DNA from: Antedon mediterranea
Lineage: Eukaryota > Animalia > Echinodermata
Direction: 5' to 3'
Length of the DNA: 64,000 bases
Assembly: GCF_964355755.1 (NCBI RefSeq)
Contig: NC_092672.1
Span: forward strand, 2,108,001 to 2,172,000
In this document: positions 36,759 through 47,688 of the stretch, in pieces
Layout: the number at the start of each line of letters is the position of its first letter
Position numbering within the stretch: position 1 is the first letter of the stretch
Program-made: the position numbers and the translations under genes
Notes under the pieces: generated by a model
Told to the model about the DNA's origin: nothing
The model's input: the letters and a program-made list of their open reading frames with translations, nothing else
The model's database searches: none

Positions 36759-39723
36759 ATGAACAGCAATTGTTGCATAGTGTTTCTGCTATTCGTGTTC
36801 ACATTTAGCACAGCTTCAGGTAAGAAAATCGTATTTTAGATGATTCTCGATACTCTTACTTACAATTTCTCCAGTATCATAGGCAAATTATATAATAAAG
36901 TGTCACTTATATATCACATGTGACAACTGTATTATAGCTCATAAACCTTTATCAACTGTAACATACCACAACCGTCACATGTGATGCATGTGACATTGTA
37001 TTATCCAATGTACCTATGAGTATACGAAGAAATATTACAGATAACCGTTTAGGCCTACTCTTGAATCAACGTAATTTAAAAAAAATAATTTGCTCTTAAC
37101 TTATCAATGAGTGTTAAAAATATGTTTACATTTACATTGTTCTTTTGCGTTTTTGGTTTTATCGCACTATCTTTGAGTTCAGATGCCAACATGTTTAGCT
37201 AGTATTGTCTCGTCATGTGCTTCAATTATGTTTGTATCATGTATTAACATACAGTATAGGCTAGGACTACCACTATATACGGAACAAACAGACATGTTTC
37301 AGTATTGTAGTTACACCTTCTTCAGTGTAAGGAATTAGTGGTACTAAAACAAATTGTGATAGTTTAGGATATTTTAGGTTGTTTTGGTGGAAAATGCTAT
37401 TGTTAATTTTCTGGTGAAGTTTTTTCTCTTTTTGTTTTGTATGTTTTTTATGTGGAAATGAAATACAACTAAATAAACATCAATAAAGTGTAAAAGTTCG
37501 AGTGAAACAAGGCAGTTTACCCAAAACTTTATAGTGTAATATGTTCACGCTACAAAAAATAACTATTTTTGCGATCTCGATCATAGTTTTTAGGTCGTTG
37601 TGAGAACTTTAAACATTTTCTCCCGACGAGACGACACGTCGCACGACGCTGTCTGAGTTGGCCTTAAGTTTGCTGAAGATAGTTATTTTATTTTAGCCCT
37701 CAAAGTGGGAAGCTGTCCAGCAGCACCACCACCGGATGATGAAGAAGTTGGTATTTGCGCTAGCGTATGTACCAAAGACTGCGACTGCGAAGGCAATGAA
37801 AAGTGTTGTTCCAACGCCTGTGGTGGACGTGTTTGCCAGGAAGGTATGTTAGTTTAACTATTAACAAATTATTAGGCCTAAATCAAGAGATCCATTCCTT
37901 AAAATACGAAACAAAAATTTGAATTTCTCGTTAAATTCACTGGATTCATTACTAACACCATCATGCACTTTATAAACATCAGAAGAAAAAAAAAGAGAGA
38001 AATACATTATAGTTTGCCAAATAATATTTTTTTATTTTAGCCATAAAAGCTGGAAGCTGTCCAGCCGTAGGTGAAGGGGTCTTTGGTATATGCGTTAGCA
38101 TGTGTTCTGGAGACTACAACTGCCTTGGCAACAAAAAGTGTTGCTCCAACGGTTGTGGAAAAGTTTGTAGAGAAGGTATGTCAGTTAAGATATTATCAAA
38201 AACAATAATTTAAATTGCTTTATAAAAAAAGCAAAATACCACTTGATACATTGCCATATATTTAAAAAATGTTTTAACTTTAAATAATCTGTATGTAATT
38301 TGATGTTTAATTGTATATGTTTGTATTATTTTTGTTGGACCTCTTCAATTCAGCTGTACTGCTAGTGCAGCTGTTAGAGTAAAAAAAAAGTTGAATAAAT
38401 AAGTATTGCTAAATGTTGATTTGTATTTTAGCCGTCAAAGAGGGAACTTGTCCAGCTGTACAGGATGGTCAAGTTGGTACATGCATTAGCGAATGTTCCG
38501 GAGACTTGGACTGCGATGGCGATAAAAAGTGCTGCTCCAACGGTTGTGGACATGTTTGTAAAGATGGTAGGCTGCTATAGTTAAATCATTTAAAAATGTG
38601 CTTAAATATGCCTTTAATTCAAGATGCTCACAACAAGCAGCATAAGGCCTAATGGCTCAAGTAAATTTGAACATATTGTAGCTGGTGTGTGCATAAAAAA
38701 AGAACAATGCGATTGGATTTAATTGAAAACAAAGCTTGATACAATTAATAAAAACATTATTTTTTGTTTTAGCTGTCAAAGTGGGAAGTTGTCCAGCGCC
38801 GAATGGGGTTGCCATGTGTAGTGAAGCGTGCTCTCTAGACTACGACTGTGATGGTAATAAGAAGTGTTGTTCCAACGGCTGTTTGCAGGTTTGTAGAGAA
38901 GGTATAGTAAGTTAAATTATTGAAAACAAAATTATTTGAATTGCTAATAGGAAAATACTACTGTGTTCACTACTGGGTTCATCACTAGCATAATTAAGAC
39001 ATTTTATATAAACCAAAATAAATATTATAATGAAATATTATATGAAAAGTCAATGTGATTTGATTTAACTGAAAACATGTTTGCTGTAAAAATTATGATT
39101 CGTATTTTAGCCATCAAAGTGGGAAGCTGTCCAGCCGTACAGGCTGGACAAGTTGGTATTTGCACTGAGATGTGTTCTGGAGACTACGGCTGCGAAGGCA
39201 ACCAAAAGTGTTGCTCCAATGGTTGTGGACATGTTTGTAAGGAAGGTATGTAATGGAATTGCTCATAAAAAAACCCACTAGATTCAACACTGGCATGAAT
39301 AAAAAACATTTCATATAATAAACTAACTGTCAACTTAGGTGTAGGCATATTATAGAAATACATCTGTGAAAGGAAAACAAAAATAACACCGCATGAATAC
39401 ACTAAATGGTGATTTTACCTTAGCCGTCAAAGCTGGAAACTGCCCAGCAGTAGATGGACAAGTTGGTATTTGCACTGAGATGTGTTCTGGAGACTACAGC
39501 TGCGAAGGCACACAAAAGTGTTGTTCCAACGGTTGTGGCCATGTTTGTCATGAAGGTACGGATGCCGGTTAAACAACTAACTAAATTGTTTATATAGGTA
39601 TATCATTATTAGAATGGCTCATAGTAAAGCACTGATATATTACAGCATTAGATATTCATATAAACATGAACATAGATATATATATATATATATATATAGA
39701 ACGATAGATAGATAGATAGATAT

Positions 39724-39756
<33 letters not shown>

Positions 39757-42629
39757 TAAAAAATAGAGAAACATTCACATTTGTTTAATAATTTTCATTT
39801 TTCATCAGAAGAAAAAAAGAGAGAAATACATTATAGTTTGCTAAATAATATTTTTTTTTTCAGCCGTCAAAGCTGGAAATTGTCCAGCAGTCCAGGAAGG
39901 CCAATCTGGTATATGCATTACCACGTGTTCCAAAGACTTAGACTGCACGGGAAGAAGCAAGTGTTGCTCCAACGGTTGTGGACAAGTTTGTATGACAGGT
40001 AGGCTAGGTCTTTCCTTGGCCTATCAAAAACAAAAACTGGAATTTCTCCTAGCAAAGAAACATAATGATGGATTCAACAACAGCATTGCCATGTTTTCTC
40101 TCAAAGTGATCTGATTTATGTAAAAACGAGTAATTTAAAACACATACGGTTAATTGCTAAAAGGATAATTTTTATTTCAGCTGTCAAAGTTGGAAATTGT
40201 CCAGCAGTCCAGGAAGGCCAATCTGGTATATGCATTACCACGTGTTCCGAAGACTTAGACTGCGAGGGGAAAAGCAAATGTTGCTCCAACGGTTGTGGAC
40301 AAGTTTGCATGACAGGTAGGCTAGGTCTTTGCTTGGGTGTCACGAAACCTAAGACCACGAAATCTAAGACCCCCTAAGACCTAAGATCACGAAAGCTAAG
40401 ACCCAAGACCTAAGATTACAAATATTTATCTTTCGCACCTGCCTTGTATTTTAACTCCCAACATTTATTCTGAATACCACACCTTTGAATTGGCACTTTT
40501 ATGAAAAAGAATCACATAAAAAGTAACAAATACATTTTTAAATTGATGATTTTACAGACGTTTTTCTCGCACACAAACTGTTTGCGAATTTTCGCATGAC
40601 TAGCCTACAGTACAGTAGCAGTAGGCCTACCCCATGTTCAATGTTTTTGTTTCTATGGAACGTCAAAAGAGCAAAAATTATATAGAGGGCTGAAAACTCT
40701 GTGGAGTCCATCTACAGTGTGGATGGAACAATGTAAAATTAAAATTGTAATGATAATAGTATATTCATGCAAGTACGAAGAAATAAATACTGGCAAATAA
40801 ATTTCAATTTAAAGATCATGATTTGTTTCGTTTTCTTTCTGTTTTTATACTTGTACTATTATTGTTGCTCTTTTGGCGCTCCATAGAAACAAAAACATTG
40901 AGCATGTGTGTGGGGGAGCTCGAGGATTTACAGTATACAAAGAAACATGTCTGTAAAATCATCAATTTAAAGGACTTATTTATTTGTTTTTATGTGTTTC
41001 TCCTTCTGAAAGTACCTATAAATCCTAATTTTAAAGTGTGGTATTCAGGATAAATTTAGTCAACAAATTTGGAGTCAAAATACAAGAAAGGCAGGTGCGT
41101 AAGAAAAAAATCCTCTGAACCAACACAATGGAGTAAATATATACCAACAAACAACCCGTCAAGTTTGTTTGTTGTAAAGAAAAAAATAGACATTTACTCA
41201 ACGGGCGAAAATAATGTGAGTTTATCTATGTTTTGCGGTAGTATTTAATTATATTTATGGTAATAAATGAAACCTACTGTGTTTAAAATTATGTATGGAT
41301 AAACAAGTATTGTTTTTAAGCTGTAGTATATCTTAGAATTTGTAATCTTAGGTCTTGGGTCTTAGCTTTTGTGATCTTAGGTCTTAGGGGGTCTTAGCTT
41401 TTGTGGTCTTAGGTTTCGTGACACCCTCTTTGCTTGGCCTATAAGAAACAAAAACTGGAATTTCTCCTAACAAACAACCTATTGATAGATTGCTTAATTA
41501 AATGTTTCCACCAAAGTATTTAAATAAAAACGAGTAAACACATACGGTTAATATTGTTAAATGGTAATTTGTATCTTAGCGGTCAAAGTTGGAACCTGTC
41601 CAGCAGTAGAGGATGGTCAAGTTGGTACATGTGTTAGCATGTGTTCTGACGATTACGACTGTACTGGCAGCCAAAAGTGTTGCTCCAACGGTTGTGGACA
41701 AGTTTGTACGACAGGTACGTTAGTAAATTGTTTATATATTTACCTATACAAACAATATGGAATTTCTCTTGGTACAGAAACATAATGATGTTGTCGCCAT
41801 AATTAAAATATTTTGTAATCTGATTTAAGTGAAAACTAGTAAAAAGTGCTAAATGGTAATTTATATTTTAGCGGTCAAAGTTGGGAACTGTCCAGCCGTA
41901 CAGGCTGGTCAAGTTGGTACATGCGTTGATGAATGTTCCGAAGACTTGGACTGCGGTGGCAAAAGCAAGTGTTGCTCCAATGGTTGTGGACATGTTTGTA
42001 CTCCAGGTACGTTCATTCTCTATTTATATTTATATTGGCCTATCAAAAACAATAATGATGGATTCAGCATTGCTATATACAACAATGTTTTATAAACATT
42101 AGGGTATAATAATCTGATTTAACTGAAAACTAAGAAACGTTTAAGTTTACAAAATGGTAATTTGTATCTTAGCTGTCAAAGTTGGGAGCTGTCCAGCCGT
42201 ACAGGATGGTCAAGCTGTGGGTACATGCGTTAACACGTGTTCCGAAGACTATGACTGCGATGGCGATAAAAAGTGCTGCTCCAACGGTTGTGGACATGTT
42301 TGTATGGAAGGTATGCTGGTTGAAATAGTTTGTTTTTAGCTATATCCACCTTGCAAATATGGCTAATAATATTTGTTATATATCTGTTATTATAGGCCTA
42401 TTGATATGATTGGAATATTTGACAGTTTAACACAGATGCCTAACGTAGGCCTGTTTAAATAAACATGCGAATTTGGTAGTCGTTAGATAACAATAACAAA
42501 ACCTTTTTAAACCTTATTTTTAAACTGTATCATATATTTAAAATCCTTATCTTCTATACATTTTTAACAGACACGTCTGAAGGTAGTGGAGACAGTGGAA
42601 GTGGTGGCAATTTTGTGGATGACAAGTAG
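36759..42629 (+). CDS. Secreted multi-WAP protein W2 (signal peptide + 11 WAP + Ser-Gly tail, ~536 aa)
   Basis: Signal exon 36759-36819. WAP exons 37697-37843, 38041-38175, 38432-38566, 38773-38901, 39111-39245, 39424-39555, 39864-39998, 40181-40315, 41580-41714, 41872-42006 and 42173-42310. Tail exon 42571-42629 ([19 protein letters not shown]). All introns are phase 1; total 1611 nt. TATA at ~36705, AATAAA at ~42965. Confidence 0.9.
40335..41426. mobile_element. Non-autonomous foldback DNA transposon with 9-bp TSD (Mutator/MULE-like)
   Basis: ~90-bp TIRs GGGTGTCACGAAACCTAAGACC... / ...GGTCTTAGGTTTCGTGACACCC. TSD TCTTTGCTT at 40326-40334 and 41427-41435. Further internal inverted segments. 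Confidence 0.92.
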
Positions 42630-43755
42630 TCAGGTATTTCATTTTCAATTCTCTATATTAGATTCCGATTTTGTTTTTCACGTTTCATGTTTTAAACGTG
42701 GTTTGGTTTATTTATAGATTAAGTGGATGCTCACAACTCAATTGCAGACATACTGGGCTGGAGTGACTTGAACACAGTTTTTACAACAGAAATATAATAT
42801 AAATATGACTTTTTTTAACAAGTTTAACAAGCTCTATATATTTGTTGAATGCTTTACGCAGTTTTACGCATAGTTACGCATAGTTACGCATAGTTACGCA
42901 TAGTTACGCATAGTTTAATAATTATATGAAACATTATATCGTTTTCTTCTATACTACTTCCTTCAATAAAGTTTTTAAGCAAGCATACAGTAGTTTACTG
43001 TGTTTATGTAAGCCTATGTTATTATCAATTATAACTAAGAAAGGCCAAGAAAATCAGGGTGGGTGTGATGACATTAAGGGCATTACATATGGTTTTCATG
43101 ATTTAGCAAAAAGGGTATATAATATATTACTATATTATATTTTATATATACTACTATAACTGACCATGCCTATCAATCAATCGATGACGTAAACAACCCA
43201 TCAAAATCTCGAGTTCTCTATATCTTTATATGGGCTTAACTGTTAAATCACGTCCTTTGTATTTATAAGATGCTGAGCAGTTGAATACCATGGCAATGCA
43301 AGATAATAGTAAAGCTTGGTTCCCACTAGGACGTAACCCAACGTCATAAGCGCTTGCGTTGCGTCCTATTGGGAACCAACCCGGTTTTAAGGATGTTTCA
43401 TGATGACGGCAGCATTGCTCCCTTTGAAGTTTACGCCAGGGTAGTCATGTGCTTAATATAACACCTGTACTCAGCTGATTTGAATATTGAGATTAAGTCG
43501 ATGCTGTGTAGCAGCAGTTGCAATGCCAACTTACACAGACGAGCGGTAACGGTAATAGAAATATAGAATCTATGTTTCCTTATGAATATTTACTCAAAGC
43601 GCGGAGAGGATGGACGGTTTCCGCTCAGGATAGATACAGATTCTACGTGGGACAAGCTACACGGTATTCCGCTCAGGATAGATACAGATTTTACGTGGGA
43701 CAAGCTAAAGGTTTTCTGTGTAAATTGGCCTTTACAAGACACTAATGCAATAAAA

Positions 43756-43817
43756 ATGCTGTACCGGTATTTGTACTGTCTGTTTGCTGTGTCCTCCTTT
43801 CTTCGTCAGTTAGCAAG
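43756..43817 (+). CDS. Candidate signal-peptide exon of W3 (unresolved)
   Basis: AAAATG start, hydrophobic MLYRYLYCLFAVSSFLRQLA, and a strong donor AAG|GTGAGT. It ends in phase 2, so it cannot splice directly to the phase-1 exon at 47689. Confidence 0.3.
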
Positions 43818-45100
43818 GTGAGTACTGGTGTGTATTTGTAGTTTAATTGTTAAGATCGAAATGTGTTTTTGTACAGCTCCATGGCCCATTGTTACCGCAA
43901 TGACAGGTATATAGTCTAATAATTATGCCTAATTTTATTGTTCTTGTTTAATTGTTATAATATTTATTTCACTTTGGTTCTTCGTAATACAATCCATACA
44001 GAGTTTAAACTGTCGGGTTTTCTCGGTCGAATTTTGAACACATTGTGTTTGGTTAAGAGCACATTGAAAGAATGTAGTGTTGAGAACTGATTAGTCGGTG
44101 TATTCACACATTTTAAAAGTAGGGACATTGACGGACAGTGACATTTCATTGCCTGTCGCTTGTTTTACAACGTGATAGATATTCGCTTGAATTGAACGTG
44201 ACTGTTTCTGCGCATGTATGAGTACGTTCATCAAATCAGAGCTCATGAATGTTAGAATCTCCTTGTAGTGTGAATTAAACCATGGAGCTATAAACCATAG
44301 TCAATAGGTAGTAACTATGTTGTATGAACTTAGCACCATGATTAAGCAAAGGTGTCCACATATCCTGTCACTTCCTAACTGTTGTTCCTAATGATGTATA
44401 TGTCTTGGAAATGCCGGATTTCCGAAAACATTCTCTAATCAAGACAATCTAGATTGCCTTTCTCTAATTAATATATATTTGAAACGGAAGGATATTAAAA
44501 CGTAAACCGCCCACCGTTGATACTGAAATACAAAATTAAAACGACGATGACCATGATGTTCAACCTTTGATACACCATGTAAACGATAAGTGTACGTAAT
44601 GTCTACACAAGACGAATTAGACTTGCCCAGAGTCTGTAGTTTTTTTTTTATTTTTGTCCAAAATACTCAATTAATTTGTGAGCATTGAAGATGTATTGTC
44701 CTCTGGAAAAATAATATTTTTTTTTATATACATCCATTTTAAAGTCACTTAATAGTTATCCACTTTGACCAAAAATTGGATCGAAAAAAAGAAAGAAAAT
44801 GTATAGCTTACCTTTTTTGGAGGAATGTATGTGCCAATAAATTATCTTTTTATAAATTTCGGTCTAGAACCAATAGACTAAAGACCAATAGACGCCATGA
44901 TGAAACTTTCTGTAACACCAACATCTAAGCCCATAGCGAGTGCGCTTTAAACTAGTCTAGCAGCAGATGTGATGCTAACTAGGCCTAACTATTTATACTT
45001 TGCTCATGGTTATATTTGCCCATGTAAAAATTCTGGCTTATACGGGCTTGTCAACAACACTAAAGCTTGGTTCCCACTAGCGACGCAACGTAACGCAACG

Positions 45101-45418
45101 TGTGGGTGAGTGGCCGAGCGGTTAAGACAGTGGAACCGTAATCACGTAGCCATAACATCGGCAGGGGTTCGAGGCTCACTCACTCCATGGTTCTGGTGGT
45201 AGAACGAGTCTTCTCGGATAAGGACTATAAACCGTAGGTCCAGTGTACACAACTTGCTCGTGTGCACTTTAAAGAACCTAGTACATCTTTCGAGACGAGT
45301 AGGGGGTTACCCCGGTGTATTAGTACATCACAGCCATTGATCACCAACTGGGCCCTCTGGGAGACCAGTCTTTGACTGAAGAGGTTACCCAGTATAAATA
45401 TATATTTCAATCAATCAA
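45101..45418 (+). mobile_element. tRNA-derived Deu-domain SINE nested in a family-A MITE
   Basis: A box TGGCCGAGCGG, B box GGTTCGAGGC, Deu-like GCACTTTAAAGAACC..GAGTAGGGGGTTACCCCGGTGT, and a (TCAA)n tail. MITE halves lie at 45061-45100 and 45419-45558. Confidence 0.8.
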
Positions 45419-47688
45419 CCTACACAACGTATTAAGAAAATACCCTTCCAATAATTGTGTTTGCCCGCGCCTGCGTGAAATCAAACCTACGACTTTGCAG
45501 CACTTTGCGTCAATACGTCGTTGCGTTACGTTGCGTCTCTAGTTGGAACCACGCTTTATTATCAAGTTATGTGTAATCCCTTTCAATCACTAAAACAGTA
45601 AAATATGTTTTTTTTTATTTTCGGTACTCTGAATTTACAAATTTCTATCACAATTTGTCCTTCGTGTCCGTTCGCGTGTTTTGTATATTTATTTATTATT
45701 ATATTAATTATGATTGTTCTGTATTATTTTTATATTTATAAGATATATTAGTTTTACTTTGCTTGTTTAGTTGAACAGGACTGACTCGAATAGCATACGG
45801 TAATATTACCAACCACCAGAAGAGTTCAAATATTTTTTTGGACACGGTCGGTTGAACAATTTTTGTTCCCATATTTTATTTTATGATCTACTTCATACTA
45901 TTATTTTTTTTTTAACAGAACCATGATTTTGAAATGTCAACAAATTTGAAAGATCAATCAGTTGGCAGAAAATATCATTTAAAGGTAATGGTAGTGGGTC
46001 GAAGTTGACAGTAATTTCACCATAATGAACTTTATTATTCCAATATTTTTACTTACTTCTCAAGTAGTCAAACATAACAAAGAAAAAGGGCGACGCACGT
46101 CACCGGATGGAACCATCCACACATTATACCACTGTTATTGTTACGACTCTATCCGTTCCATTTGTGTACAAGTAATATAAACTTGGTAGTATTATAAATA
46201 AGTGTTTACTTTGCTCCTGATATTGTCAATAAGTTCAGTATAGAACTGCAACTTGATAAATGCACAGTGTTTCCAGAATTGTTCTCACTATGTACGTCAG
46301 AAATATAGTTTTCCTGCTAATATTCGTAGTTTCATCGTTCGGTCTTGGTACAAGTAGGTTTCCTGTTTATATTATATATATTTTTACCGTCCAGACAACA
46401 TTACAATCGTAGAAAGTGCATTGACTTGTCGATTTCATGGGTCGTCCTTGCATCCATTCACTTTGATATTATTTCACTTTTATATATTTTTAAATCCCAT
46501 TTTTTGTATTTATTCTTTGTTTATGTATTTAAAATGTATTGTTGAATGGATTCTAAATGAGTAAATCAAATAAAAATAAAATAAAAAACGTTAAGTCAAG
46601 CGATACTGTGAATTTTGATTTTTACAAAAATGTAAAATTGTTAAACTCTAGAGATATTTGAAAATTCATTTTTAAACTTTCACAAAGTCAAGCCAAACGA
46701 TATTATAAATCTTGTGCTTCGGGATACCGGATCGGCCGGATAATAATGAATACATGCTTATAACTTTATAGGCATTAATTGAAAAATCATCATAATCGAT
46801 TTATATCAATCAAACATAATCTAAAGAAGTAACGTTATAAATCTAAGAACATATTTGGAAAATCTGAAATACTTGATTATACCGTACTGCGTTTTTACGC
46901 TTACGCTAACACTTAAAATCTAATATTATTTACTGCTGCGCGTCTCGGTATCATTACGCAATTTAAATGAGTTCTCTCAACTTGAATTGTACGCGATTAT
47001 TATATAATTATATCTTAGAGAATTTTCAAAAGGTTGTTCTTTCATTGTCAGTCATAGTTTGAAATCGTTCACGTGCATCTACGCATATTTAAAGAAGTGA
47101 GTAAGTACACTTGATAGAATGGTAAACATTATAGATTGTTGTACATAACAGGTAAAAGAAAAAAGGTCAAGTTTATGTATAATAGGCAGAAGAATGTATA
47201 AATCGATCATACAAAATGAGCAGTGAAGATGTAATAAATTGTCGAAAATGCCACTGATGTAATTTGTACGCGTAATTTATTTGATTGATATTTAAATAGG
47301 CCTACCTCATACCTTGTATTTTATTATTTTTTACTTAATTTCTCCACGCTTTTATCGTTTAATTTCGTGGTCAAAAATCTAAGTTATCAAGTCAAAATAG
47401 TGAAAAGATAAAGAAACAACAACATGTTGGTCACAATCGCCTTTTATTTAGAACTTTGCTTATCAAAATGATGTTACGATTACAATCAAGTCATAACATA
47501 GATGGGCAATGGTAATGCTTGCACAGTTCAATGTGTGGCACATGTTTTGGCGGTTTGTAAATCCAGCAGACGACCAACGACACACATCGATTGACCTGAC
47601 CTGACCTAGATCGGTCGTCGCAAATCACAAGCTTATGAAAGAATGTTTTGTACAAAATCATAAAAATTATTCAATTTTGTAAAAAAAG

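Noticed and set aside
45101-45185. tRNA gene
   Set aside because: A and B boxes are present but there is no cloverleaf; it is a SINE head with a second copy at ~3497.
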